Shown: positions 7,716 through 17,421 of the stretch, one piece after another | How positions within the stretch are numbered: the first letter of the stretch is position 1 | How the letters are laid out: each line of letters begins with the position of its first letter | IMG/VR virus record: IMGVR_UViG_3300035698_004199 | Coordinates: 1 to 64,000 of that record | Length of the DNA: 64,000 nucleotides | DNA from: a virus | Direction: 5' to 3' (one strand) | Notes under the pieces: generated by a model | Databases searched by the model: none | What the model was told of the DNA's origin: nothing | What the model saw: only the letters and a program-made list of their open reading frames with translations | Translations under genes and position numbers: made by a program

Positions 7716-8863
7716 AAAGTCTCCGGCAAACTGGCGGCGACTAAAATGTTTATAGAAGCATTGAGATCCGCGTTGATCTCAAAACCACAAGATTGACAGC
7801 TAAATTGAGCTTGGTTCTGTCTGTTTGCCTTTTCAGTGTGCCCACAAGACGAGCACCTTTGACTCGTATAGGCGGGGTTCACTGAAAGGATCTTACAGCC
7901 ATATAAGACTCCTTTATATTCAAGAAGCCTACGAAACTCACCCAATGAAGCGTCCAACATCACCCTGTTAAGCCCCCGCTTATGGGAACCTCCACCTTTA
8001 GTCATGTTCTTAATCTTCAAATCCTCAAGCACAATTAGACCGTGGCTTTTGGTCAACTGAGTTGAAGCTTTGTGCAAGTGATCCTTGCGAAGACTGCAAA
8101 CTTGACTATGTGTTTTTGCTAACAGAACCTTTACTTTCAATCTATTCCTCGATCCCTTTGTTTTTCTTGCTAAACTCCTTTGTAGCTTTTTTAGTTTTCT
8201 TTGGCTTTTAGCCAATGCCTTGGGGTTTTCAATAACTGTCCCATCAGATAGTGTAGCCAAACGAGAAACCCCCATGTCTAGACCTACTGCAGACAACCCA
8301 TTGCTAGAAATAGTCATTGCATCATCTGGACAGATTACTGAAACAAACCACCTATCATTTTGCTCAGACACTGTAATTTGTGCCGGTTTTCCAATAGATA
8401 GATAACCTCTTTCATTAGGCATTAGACGTACTTTGCCAATACGAGGTAGTTTTACAAAACACTCAGTTACAGTTATTGATCCTGAAAGTCTAAAACCACC
8501 AATCTTTAGTTTCTTGGATTTGAAACGGGGATATTTAGACCGGCCTTTAAGAAAACCTTTGAAAGCCACCTCTAAATCACGTAAGCCTTCATGCGGTGCA
8601 CATTTACTTACATCATACATCCAAGGGACTCCGCCAGTCTCTTTTGGCTGTTTCTTAAGTAGATTTAACTCACGGTGTAGAGAATAAGCATTCGGCCAAC
8701 CATCCCATTTTTTAGGTTTGTCAAGCAGCAGCCATTCTTGATAAGCTGCTTTGCAGCGTGACAAGCCCCAATTGTAGGCCCAACGGGACGCCCCTGCGTG
8801 TTGCCGCAAGGTTTCTTTTTGCCGTTTGGTGGACCGTAGTTCTACTTTGTGGGCCAGTTTCAC
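7604..8863 (-). CDS. tnpB: RNA-guided endonuclease TnpB
   Basis: N-terminal HTH (AHKVEL..RWAYNWGL), RuvC-I GLDMG, RuvC-II VLEDL, CSSC/CQSC Zn finger, RuvC-III NADLNASINI; catalytic D-E-D present. Confidence 0.95.
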   Translation of the reverse strand: MKLAHKVELRSTKRQKETLRQHAGASRWAYNWGLSRCKAAYQEWLLLDKPKKWDGWPNAYSLHRELNLLKKQPKETGGVPWMYDVSKCAPHEGLRDLEVAFKGFLKGRSKYPRFKSKKLKIGGFRLSGSITVTECFVKLPRIGKVRLMPNERGYLSIGKPAQITVSEQNDRWFVSVICPDDAMTISSNGLSAVGLDMGVSRLATLSDGTVIENPKALAKSQRKLKKLQRSLARKTKGSRNRLKVKVLLAKTHSQVCSLRKDHLHKASTQLTKSHGLIVLEDLKIKNMTKGGGSHKRGLNRVMLDASLGEFRRLLEYKGVLYGCKILSVNPAYTSQRCSSCGHTEKANRQNQAQFSCQSCGFEINADLNASINILVAASLPETLNACGGVVRPDQFRLVRQISMKQELSNGNFLFFKGAM

Positions 8864-8997
8864 TAGTCTTTAGCCATCTCTTTTAGAACGATTGTTCGGA
8901 CTACTTGAGCTAATGAGCTGTGTCTTTTTTCAGCTTCCAATTTGAGCCAAGCAAGCATGTCAGGATGCAGGGTTACTTTAGTACTGATTTTTTTCAT
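8863..8997 (-). CDS. 44-aa ribbon-helix-helix (CopG-like) protein (not in ORF track)
   Basis: AAGGAG RBS; MKKISTKVTLHPDMLAWLKLEAEKRHSSLAQVVRTIVLKEMAKD*; TAG overlaps tnpB GTG. Confidence 0.7.
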   Translation of the reverse strand: MKKISTKVTLHPDMLAWLKLEAEKRHSSLAQVVRTIVLKEMAKD

Positions 8998-9115
8998 GGG
9001 GGTACTCCTTCTACCAATTGGGAAATTATAGGCCCATTATTGAGCTGCTAGTAGGGTGCCTGCTAGCAAGGTTCAAATAAGCCTACACCTACTTTACCCA
9101 AGTTTTAGCGAACTG

Positions 9116-10877
9116 TTAGCAACCCTTTACATAAACATCAAAAGAGGCTCCTGTGGGTGTAATGGTTAGCTGACGTGTTGCAGACGAGTAGCTCAGTGTG
9201 ACATAATAGTTTCCAGAAGAGTCTACGGGCCAACCTTGAAGGGGTTGATTGCCCCTAGAGAGGACGCTATTGCCAACACGAGTAAGACTCTCAGTATCAT
9301 TAACAACACCTATAGCTAGGCTTGTAGGGCCTCCAGATTCAGTAATCTTAGAAACGGCTGGATTAGGATAAGTGCTTCCAAGTAAATCACCACCAGCGGC
9401 CCCGGTAGGCACTCTACTATCTGCTAACCTTGCATCCGTAGTGGTTACATAAGTGTTTAGAGCAGTTGGGGCACCAAAAGATCCCGCTAAAGCTGCTTTT
9501 TGATCAGAAGTAGGAATAAAAGTATGATTATAAGCCAATTCGTGTGCTGCTCGTTGTCCTGTAACAGTTGCAACCGCAACCCCGTTAATTTGTGCGACAG
9601 TGGGGTTTGGGTACGTGCTTCCAAGCAGATCACCACCAGCAGCACCAGAAGGAGCCCTGCTATCTGACATTCTCGCATCAGTGGTCGTAACAAAGGTGTT
9701 TCCCGCCCCGGGGGCACCAAAAGACCCCGCTAAAGCTGCTTTTTGATCAGAAGTAGGGATTAAAGTGTGGTTATAAGCCAATTCGTGAGCAGTTCGTTGT
9801 CCTGTGACAGTTGCGACTGCAACCCCGTTAATTTGTGCAACTGTGGGGTTTGGATAAGTACTTCCAAGCAGATCCCCTCCGGCAGCACCAGAAGGACTGC
9901 GTGGGTTGCTCATTCTCGCATCAGTGGTCGTAACAAAGGTGTTTCCAGCCCCCGGAGTACCGAAAGACCCCGCTAGTGCAGCTTTTTGATCAGAAGTAGG
10001 GATTAAAGTGTGGTTATAAGCCAATTCGTGTGCTGTTCGTTGCCCTGTGACAGTTGCGACTGCAACCCCGTTAATTTGTGCGACAGTGGGGTTTGGGTAA
10101 GTACTTCCAAGCAGATCACCACCAGCAGCACCAGAAGGAGCCCTGCCATTTGTCATTCTTGCGTCTGTGGACGTAACATAGGTGTTTGCAGCCCCCGGAG
10201 CACCAAAAGATCCCGCTAGTGCAGCCTTTTGATCTGAAGTAGGAATTAAAGTGTGATTATAGGTTAATTCGTGTGCAGTACGTTGCCCAGCAACAGTTGC
10301 AGCCGCAACTCCGCTTACAAAAGCTATAACAGGGTTTGGATAGGTGCTTCCAAGCAGATCCCCCCCAGCAGCTCCTACAGGAGCCCTGCCATTTGTCATT
10401 CTTGTGTCCGAGGAAGTTACATATGGATTTATTGCGCTCGGGGCACCGGAAGTTCCTGCTAAAGCAGCTTTTTGTACAGTAGACGGGATGTCTACATGTA
10501 GGTAGGCCACTTCGTGTGCTGCTCTTTGCCCTGCAACGGTTGCAGCAGCAACACCACCTACAAGGGCTACTGTTGGGGTGGGGTAATGCCCACTTAAGTC
10601 ACCAGCAGCAGCCCCAGTCGTGGGCCTGCTGTCTGTCATACGAGCATCGCTGTTTGTAACATACTTGTTAGCAGCACTGGGAGCACCATCAGTGCCAACC
10701 AGTGCACCCTTTTCGTTTGCACTTGGAAGTGTGGCATGGGCAAAGGCAGCTTCATGTGCTGTACGTTGTCCTGCAACAGCAGCAGTACCATCTATAAGAT
10801 CTACCGTAGGGTCTGGGTAAGCACCGCCCAAATCACCACCAGCGGGGCCTGCAGGGTCAGCCCCCTTAAGAAACCCT
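9116..10877 (-). pseudogene. Fibre-like repeat protein fragment, apparently truncated at both ends
   Basis: Frame is open upstream of the TTG through an intact repeat (AGPAGGDLGGAYPDP) with no ATG/GTG; ends DVYVKG-C* at the element left end. Confidence 0.55.
9350..10850 (-). repeat. ~243-bp (81-aa) tandem repeats, about 6-7 units
   Basis: GAAGGDLLGSTYPNPTVA...AHELAYNHTLIPTSDQKAALAG...DARM; central units almost identical at DNA level. Confidence 0.9.
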
Positions 10878-11009
10878 TACCTAATAGCTAGATAAATATA
10901 AACAATATAAACAGCCGAGTCGGTTGATTAGTTATAGGAAAGCCTTTGTTGAGGTCCTATGGTTTCGCCTCTTTTTCCCATAGGGCCTCACTTTAAGAGG
11001 AGCTATTCT

Positions 11010-11228
11010 ATGGGATACAGACAATTATCAGACATACGGGTGTACGAGTATGTGCTAGAAGACGGCACAGTAGTCTGGTCTTTTACCAAATCACCGAATC
11101 TAGTAACACCGCCACAACGTATGTCCCTGCAAAACAAACACGGACTTCTTCTATCCTCCTTTATTGGAGGTCTTAGAAAAGAAGGCATGGCACTTTTACG
11201 CGGTGCTGAAGAAGATGATGTTGGGTAA
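11010..11228 (+). CDS. Hypothetical protein
   Basis: GAGGAG before ATG 11010. Confidence 0.6.
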   Translation: MGYRQLSDIRVYEYVLEDGTVVWSFTKSPNLVTPPQRMSLQNKHGLLLSSFIGGLRKEGMALLRGAEEDDVG

Positions 11229-11275
11229 TATAGAGTAGATTCTATTGTGGAATAAATTTAAAAAGGAGAACACAG

Positions 11276-11614
11276 ATGACTGACAAGATGCCCGAAGTAG
11301 CAGGTGAGACACCCCAGGATCCCAACATTGTGGGGACACTGAACGAAGAAGAAATGCAGACCTTGTTTGGTTTGCGGCAGCAGGGAAGCCAGATCACTAT
11401 GGAGATTGGTTCCTTGGAGCTTCGCAAGGCAAAGTTTTTGGGGGACATGGCCCGAGTGGAACAGAAGGGACAGGAACTTCTGCAATCCGTAGGAAAACGC
11501 TTGAATTTGGATGACCAGTCTTGGCAGGTATTGCCTGACGGTTGTATCCGAATGGTAGTTTTGGATACAGCTCCTGAAGCGGAGACTGCTAAGGAGACTG
11601 CGAAGGAAGGCTAG
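11276..11614 (+). CDS. Hypothetical protein (coiled-coil)
   Basis: AAGGAG RBS; helical central segment. Confidence 0.7.
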   Translation: MTDKMPEVAGETPQDPNIVGTLNEEEMQTLFGLRQQGSQITMEIGSLELRKAKFLGDMARVEQKGQELLQSVGKRLNLDDQSWQVLPDGCIRMVVLDTAPEAETAKETAKEG

Positions 11615-13027
11615 ATGACGCAAGGATGGGACCCCACTCCCGGACAGGTAATTTACCCACCTCAGAATGGTCAAGTGACTTCACCCTTTCAACAGGGTGT
11701 CCACGACATACACTGGGACAACCCGGCATTATTGGGGGGTAACTCTCAATTTGTCGTGGTTGGGGTGAATATCTATAGATCTGATGTTTCAGATCGGGGT
11801 CCCTTTTTTCGTATTAACTCAGTTCCTCTAGGTGGCAACTTTTTCCGCGATGCCACTACTAATGAATACATTTACAAAGAGTCTGTACGGTGGGATACTG
11901 CTTGGGTTGCCAAGGGGGATGCTGCTAATAGTCGTAAGTGGGTTTTTAGAACTACAAGGCCCATAGTCAAACAAATCCCGGAAGGCCCCTTTCAGGTGGT
12001 TACGAATGCCAACCAACCTTCGGACATAACATTATATATAGATGGTGTGCAGGTTCCTGTGGATAGTTTGTTTGGCCCCACGGGTGATGTGACTTTGATA
12101 AATGTGCCAACCTTTAATGGTGTTACTGAGAAAAACGATCCCGCAGCAATTCCAACAGCAGCCAGTGTAGTAGAAGTTTCTTACTGGACAAATAGGAATC
12201 AAGTACGGTCTGGCTTAGGCAGCAACTTATTTTATAGGTTGACTACTGTAGTCCTAGACAGTACAACACCCAGTGGTTATCGTGAGTCTGAACTTCAGAA
12301 CACCCCGGTATTGACTCTGGGGGACGTGGAGAAAATAGATTACATTTGGCGGGAAGCTATTAGAAGGAATCACTGGATTCTGCAACAGGGTGGCGAACGT
12401 GTGAATGTGTTTATTAGGCGTCTATCAGGAATACCTTGTTATTGTGGTAAAGACGCTGAAACATATGAATACAATAAGCAGCCCTCAAATAGATGTACAA
12501 TCTGTTTTGGAACTGGTTTCATTGGCGGGTATGAGGGCCCCTATACAGTTATAATAGGTCCCGACGATTCTGAACGTCGCATCTCACAAGGCCCTAATGG
12601 GCGTAGACAGGAACACACTTATGAAGTTTGGACCGGACCATCCCCTGTGATTACCCAGCGTGACTTTATAGTTAAACTGACTAATGAGCGTTACAGCGTA
12701 GGCCCTGTGCGAAGACCCTCTAATAGAGGCAATAGGCTGCAGCAACACTTTAACATAGCCTATCTGGATGAGCAAGATGTTCGGTATTCAGTGCCTATTG
12801 ACGGAACAGTAAATTATACTTGGCCTGAGACTCGGTATGGCCTCCGTCATTACCCCCCCACACCTGTTGATGGACAGCCAGCAACAACTCAGTGGGCTGT
12901 ACCAGAAGTTCCTCTCTATCCTGTAGGGGCTTCTGCTGAGATCCCTATGGAAACACAGAAGGCGGGCACGCCGGATGAAAAAGAACAAAGAGGCCGTACA
13001 CCGGCTTGGGAAAACCAAAACACATAA
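11615..13027 (+). CDS. Putative head-closure / neck protein with Zn-binding motif
   Basis: GERV.VFIR..G.PCYC...CTICFGTGFIGGY pattern; position upstream of tail genes. Confidence 0.55.
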   Translation: MTQGWDPTPGQVIYPPQNGQVTSPFQQGVHDIHWDNPALLGGNSQFVVVGVNIYRSDVSDRGPFFRINSVPLGGNFFRDATTNEYIYKESVRWDTAWVAKGDAANSRKWVFRTTRPIVKQIPEGPFQVVTNANQPSDITLYIDGVQVPVDSLFGPTGDVTLINVPTFNGVTEKNDPAAIPTAASVVEVSYWTNRNQVRSGLGSNLFYRLTTVVLDSTTPSGYRESELQNTPVLTLGDVEKIDYIWREAIRRNHWILQQGGERVNVFIRRLSGIPCYCGKDAETYEYNKQPSNRCTICFGTGFIGGYEGPYTVIIGPDDSERRISQGPNGRRQEHTYEVWTGPSPVITQRDFIVKLTNERYSVGPVRRPSNRGNRLQQHFNIAYLDEQDVRYSVPIDGTVNYTWPETRYGLRHYPPTPVDGQPATTQWAVPEVPLYPVGASAEIPMETQKAGTPDEKEQRGRTPAWENQNT

Positions 13028-13038
13028 GGAGGTTTTCA

Positions 13039-13302
13039 ATGGCAACTTTTTTTGTTTCAGATCGTGTTAGGCTGTCTACTGGTGTAGAGGCTGTGGTTGT
13101 TTTGTCAACTTCAGGACTTGTTGCTATGGATAAGCAAGGGGCTATCTATCCTGAATCGGATCTCCTTGATGCACAGCTTGCTCCTGCACCAAGATGCGTA
13201 ACAAATCCTTTCGGTCCTCCAAGAGGGCTTTCCAAGGTGACTGGATTTTCTGATTTTGATATTGCCGATGACGTAGATGCTTTGTCCGGCCCTTTACCTT
13301 AA
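13039..13302 (+). CDS. Hypothetical protein
   Basis: AAGGAGG before ATG 13039. Confidence 0.65.
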   Translation: MATFFVSDRVRLSTGVEAVVVLSTSGLVAMDKQGAIYPESDLLDAQLAPAPRCVTNPFGPPRGLSKVTGFSDFDIADDVDALSGPLP

Positions 13303-13309
13303 TAATGTT

Positions 13310-13915
13310 ATGATTATCGCCCCACGCATAAGAGCAGTTTTTGGAGGCCCGCTAAGTAGAAAAACCGAAGTGACCTTTACACCAGAGATGCTGGAAAAAG
13401 TGGGTGCTTGTTTAGTAGAGGCTTTGTCAAATGAGTCAAAGAAGTACTTTGCTAAGCGGGGGTGGGTTGGACACGACCCTATGGGAGGACCGCCAATTTG
13501 GGAGTCTTTCTCTTATAGGATACGAGGTAAGAGCACCCTGGAATTAACTTCTACTTTTTATGGTATGAAGGAACTTGCAGCAGGGGGTATCCCGGAACGC
13601 AAGATGACGTGGCTTACTCAGGAAGCAAAGGACAGGAATCCTTCTGAATACCCGTTAACAAAACAGGAACAAAAACTAGGTATGAAAAGAACGGGTAGAG
13701 TATCACAAGGTGATCGGATGCCCTTAATTGTGCCCATGAAAGGGACTGGTGGTATCGTGGTATTTAGGCAGGCCCCTTTAACAACGGGATCCGCTTGGGT
13801 TCATCCAGGTATTGCTAAGTTTACTTTTTTTGAGACTGCTTTAAGAAAGTGGCGGGGTGTTTGTGCTGAATTGATAGTCCAAGAAATGTTTGCCCAACTT
13901 TCAAGCGGCAAGTGA
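13310..13915 (+). CDS. Putative neck protein
   Basis: Ends WVHPGIAKFTFFETAL, resembling neck-protein C-termini; synteny; start uncertain. Confidence 0.45.
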   Translation: MIIAPRIRAVFGGPLSRKTEVTFTPEMLEKVGACLVEALSNESKKYFAKRGWVGHDPMGGPPIWESFSYRIRGKSTLELTSTFYGMKELAAGGIPERKMTWLTQEAKDRNPSEYPLTKQEQKLGMKRTGRVSQGDRMPLIVPMKGTGGIVVFRQAPLTTGSAWVHPGIAKFTFFETALRKWRGVCAELIVQEMFAQLSSGK

Positions 13916-13925
13916 GGTAGTGAAT

Positions 13926-14486
13926 ATGAAAGAAGCAATTGTTAAGTGTCTCTGTGCTTTTCTAAAGTTAGCAGATCTAAACCTGGAACTAAAGCAAGGG
14001 GATGAAGTATCCTTGACTATGGGTGAGGTTATGAGTTCAAAAGACTTGAAGCGGGCTATTCGTTTCAGGGCTGTAACCATTACATATAGAAATGTATGTA
14101 AAGAACAGAGGCTCCCTTCTGAAGAAGTGAAGGCCCCTAAAGTGGTGCCACCCGTAATGAAGCCCCATCCCGTGGCAGCCCCTGTAAAAGCACCGGCAGT
14201 ACAACCACAGCCTTCAGTTATCCCAAACCTGGTACAGGAATTGAAAAAAGAAATGATGTCCGGGTTAAAGCAATTGTTACAAGAGCTGGCACCCCAAGTG
14301 ATTGCAGGCAAAACGACACAAGTTTCACAGGTTTCTCAGGATACTCCAATGTTTATTCCTAAAGGGATGGTGTCTAAGGACACTGCTTCTGTGAAAGTGA
14401 AAACAGAACAGTCTGATGGGGGCTCTTTGGATAATGCAGCTGCGGTTTTGAAGAAAGCCCGCAAGGGAGGTAAGAAAAATGACTAA
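13926..14486 (+). CDS. Hypothetical protein, Pro-rich linker, overlaps actin-like gene
   Basis: GAGGT RBS; stop overlaps next start. Confidence 0.7.
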   Translation: MKEAIVKCLCAFLKLADLNLELKQGDEVSLTMGEVMSSKDLKRAIRFRAVTITYRNVCKEQRLPSEEVKAPKVVPPVMKPHPVAAPVKAPAVQPQPSVIPNLVQELKKEMMSGLKQLLQELAPQVIAGKTTQVSQVSQDTPMFIPKGMVSKDTASVKVKTEQSDGGSLDNAAAVLKKARKGGKKND

Positions 14487-15492
14487 GGAAAAAACTTTGA
14501 CAGGATGCTCTATAGATGTGGGCACCATGAATTTTGTTTCTGCTCGTAGGACAGCCAATGGGATTGAGACTAAACGTATGCGGGACGTGTTTTTGGATCT
14601 CCCGGCTAATGCAAAGAAGATGCTCAAACTTTCAGGGACCTCTTTTGTAGACCGTGGTGATGAGGTGTTAATCCTTGGGGATGCTGCTATGGAGATGGCT
14701 AATGTTTTTGGTAGGGAGCCCAGACGGCCTCTGTCAGCAGGTATTATTTCAGCTTCAGAAGCAGACAGTCTTGAAGTGCTTGGACTGTTGGTCAAAAGTG
14801 TGTTGGGTGAGCCAAAGAAGAAAGGCGAGGTTTGTTACTTTTCTGTACCGGCTGCTCCTATAGACGATCCAGGAAAAGATATTGTTTATCACAAGGGTGT
14901 GTTTGAACGCATTATAAAGGAATGTGGGTACACACCGTTTGCAGGAAATGAGGCTATGGCACTCATCTATTCAGAGGCTGCAGCGGAAGGTTTCTCTGGA
15001 TTATCGTTGAGCTACGGGTGCGGAATGACCAACGCTGCACTTGCAATAAATACTATTGAGGGCTTGACTTTTGCAGTAGGACGGGGCGGTGACTTTATAG
15101 ATCGTGGGGCAGCCCAGTCTGTAGGGTCTACACAGGCTAGAGTATGTGCAATCAAAGAAGCGGGGTTTGATCTGAATAACCCAGATGGCCGTGTCCAGGA
15201 GGCCCTAGCTTTCTATTACAAGGCTCTTATAGAGTATACACTAGATAACATAGTAGCTCGCTTCAAGTCCATTGAAGGCCAGTTTGCGCTGTCTAAGCCC
15301 ATACCACTAATAATTTCAGGAGGTACGAGTTTGGCAGGTGGTTTTATGGAGTTCTTCGGTAAGGTGTTTGAGGAGCGTAGAAAGAAGTTTCCTATTGACA
15401 TATCTGAAATCAGGCAGGCTAACGAGCCACTAAATGCCGTGGCTTATGGGCTACTGGTTCAAGCAATGCAAGAAGGAGAAGATGATGACTGA
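14479..15492 (+). CDS. Actin-like ATPase (MreB/MamK-like)
   Basis: Phosphate-1 IDVGT, connect-1 NEAMA, phosphate-2 SYGCGMTN, GGDFID, adenosine ISGGTS, connect-2 PLNAVAYG. Confidence 0.85.
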   Translation: MTKEKTLTGCSIDVGTMNFVSARRTANGIETKRMRDVFLDLPANAKKMLKLSGTSFVDRGDEVLILGDAAMEMANVFGREPRRPLSAGIISASEADSLEVLGLLVKSVLGEPKKKGEVCYFSVPAAPIDDPGKDIVYHKGVFERIIKECGYTPFAGNEAMALIYSEAAAEGFSGLSLSYGCGMTNAALAINTIEGLTFAVGRGGDFIDRGAAQSVGSTQARVCAIKEAGFDLNNPDGRVQEALAFYYKALIEYTLDNIVARFKSIEGQFALSKPIPLIISGGTSLAGGFMEFFGKVFEERRKKFPIDISEIRQANEPLNAVAYGLLVQAMQEGEDDD

Positions 15493-15634
15493 AGAAATTA
15501 GAGACATTGAATTTGTAGCGCTTCCTAAAGGTCTGTGGGCTTTTGTTGAGAGAGAAGGGGTAGAAGCGTTCGAAATTGAGAAAAGAGACATACCCGTAAA
15601 AATTAGGTTTGTCAAACCTGCTGACACAGAATAA
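15485..15634 (+). CDS. Small hypothetical protein
   Basis: AAGGAG RBS; fills gap after actin gene. Confidence 0.55.
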   Translation: MTEEIRDIEFVALPKGLWAFVEREGVEAFEIEKRDIPVKIRFVKPADTE

Positions 15635-15654
15635 GACTAATAGGGAGGTGTCCC

Positions 15655-16854
15655 ATTTATTTCCGTTTAACAAGCGCATTGAAAAGAAGATTCATCCAAG
15701 AGCTGCGGAAGTACTGGATGTACCATCCGCAGTATCCAGACTTGGCAAATAACATCCAAGGGAAGTATTCTTTTCAAGAGAGGCCCTCTTATGGGATTAT
15801 TGTTAAAACGGGCAGCGGAACTAAAGTAGACCTATCTGCAGACAATTATGTGGGCACTGTAATTAGCCACACCTATCTGGCAAAAGTACAAAACTTCCCA
15901 GGGCAAGCTATAGAGTGGGTACGGGAAGATGCTATTGCAATTCAAAACAACAATAGTAACTTTCCATCCCCTCCAGGTATTTACTACATAACACTTACAC
16001 AAGACAGAGAGTTTTATGTAGACCGAATGTTGGATGCCCGTGGGGAGCAAGTAGTCATGTCTGATTCCACACACGGTGTTCTACTTAGTCCACCTATAGC
16101 GGGATCTATTCGATTGTATCAGGCTCCCTCTAACTATCAGTTAGTAGAAGGAACTGAGTACACACTAACCTTAGACGCAGCAGGGGATCCCACTGGTGAG
16201 ATTGCTTTGACAACACCCATACCTACCGGCTGGGTGTTAGTAGCGGACTATAGGCTAAATGGGGGGCAGGGCGGCCCTTATACAATCAACCCCAACTATG
16301 CTGATACAAAAGCTATCCCCGGTGTGGTTTTGGCTTTTGGGCGACGTAACCAGAAGGACGACCGGATGGCAGTGGTAGTAGAGCCTTATAGGCGGCCTAC
16401 AGCCCTTGAATACGGTGGCCAATGGGAAATGACTCTGGACTTTGATGTCACTTCTAGAGACTTAGACGCTCAGCAAGAGATAGCAGATTTTTCGGTTATG
16501 TATCTTTGGGGTGTTTTGCGATCTCAGTTGGCTTCTGAAGGTTTGGTTATTACAGATGTTTCACTGGGTGGCGAGTCTGAAGAAGTTTATGATGAGAATG
16601 GTGATGATTATTTTTACAATTCCAATTTTTCTGTTACTGTAACCACAGACTGGTCTATCCATGTACCGCTTGCAGTATTTGTCAGGGCGGTTTCACCTTT
16701 GCCACAAGACCAGCTGCGTTTACTCAGCATGCTACCGGATGACCAACTAGGGGCCGTCCAGAATAATATTACGATGCTGGAAAGCTTGGGACTACAAAGT
16801 ATGTCGGATCCTTATTTCAGCAACAGAACAGAAACTTTTGAAGCACTTAAATAA
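15655..16854 (+). CDS. Putative tail terminator/completion protein; probable ATT start
   Basis: GGAGG 6 nt before an in-frame ATT; LDFDVTSRDLDAQQEIAD motif; position before sheath. Confidence 0.55.
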   Translation: MYFRLTSALKRRFIQELRKYWMYHPQYPDLANNIQGKYSFQERPSYGIIVKTGSGTKVDLSADNYVGTVISHTYLAKVQNFPGQAIEWVREDAIAIQNNNSNFPSPPGIYYITLTQDREFYVDRMLDARGEQVVMSDSTHGVLLSPPIAGSIRLYQAPSNYQLVEGTEYTLTLDAAGDPTGEIALTTPIPTGWVLVADYRLNGGQGGPYTINPNYADTKAIPGVVLAFGRRNQKDDRMAVVVEPYRRPTALEYGGQWEMTLDFDVTSRDLDAQQEIADFSVMYLWGVLRSQLASEGLVITDVSLGGESEEVYDENGDDYFYNSNFSVTVTTDWSIHVPLAVFVRAVSPLPQDQLRLLSMLPDDQLGAVQNNITMLESLGLQSMSDPYFSNRTETFEALK

Positions 16855-16868
16855 AGGAGGCTGAATTT

Positions 16869-17309
16869 ATGCCACGGTATCAATATCAATGTAATTGCGG
16901 GGTGCTTTTTGAAGCAACAGCCTCTATGAAGGATCACAGTCAAACAAAGCCTTGTCCTGATTGTGGTGAGCAATCATCTAGAAAAATGCCTACAGATATT
17001 AACAGCACATTCAATCAGAGTATGGAAGGGATAGGCCCACAGAATACAGGGGTGTCACAGTTGGATGCTCATATAGATAGAGTGATAGGGCAGTCTGCAC
17101 AACAGAGCTGGTCTGAGATAGAAAAACGTGAGCGTGTCAAAAAAGAAATACTGGCTAAGAATCCTAATATTCCTGTATCACAACTATCAAGAAATCCAGA
17201 CGGATCTTATAGAATACTAAAGCCAGAAGAAAAGGCTGTGCAGGAAAGAGCCTTGAAAATTGACGCCCTAGCAGTTGAAAATCAGAAAAATAACCCCCCT
17301 CCTAATTAG
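16869..17309 (+). CDS. FmdB-family zinc-ribbon protein
   Basis: MPRYQYQCNCG..FE...PCPDCG. Confidence 0.8.
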   Translation: MPRYQYQCNCGVLFEATASMKDHSQTKPCPDCGEQSSRKMPTDINSTFNQSMEGIGPQNTGVSQLDAHIDRVIGQSAQQSWSEIEKRERVKKEILAKNPNIPVSQLSRNPDGSYRILKPEEKAVQERALKIDALAVENQKNNPPPN

Positions 17310-17421
17310 CATCCTTCGTTTTTCCCTTGATACTTTTGTTTTAATAGTGTGGCAGGTCTATCCGGTCACTATGAAAATGTGAAGATTTTTTGGGCTTTAA
17401 CCTATGTATGCGAGGTACTCA

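Larger units (their letters stand above)
7542..9124 (-). mobile_element. Non-autonomous IS607-like element carrying RHH + TnpB, no transposase
   Basis: Right end ...AAGTTTGTATGAACGG defined by the duplicated copy; candidate left end after AAAGGG (9128-9123) with repeats TTGCTAACAG/TTGCTAGCAG/CTACTAGCAG; GG at both junctions; left end less certain (alternative TGGG at 9100-9097). Confidence 0.7.

Noticed and set aside
440-10850. CRISPR array or DGR template/variable repeats
   Set aside because: Repeats are in-frame coding units without unique spacers; no reverse transcriptase or adenine-specific mismatch pair seen
10895-10913. aatataaac tandem pair (and tctcttgct pair near 90-108)
   Set aside because: Only two short copies in AT-rich intergenic DNA; cannot be distinguished from slippage
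17319-17333. 13/15 match to the TnpB guide upstream of the sheath
   Set aside because: No GG/TAM adjacent, seed mismatch, low-complexity sequence
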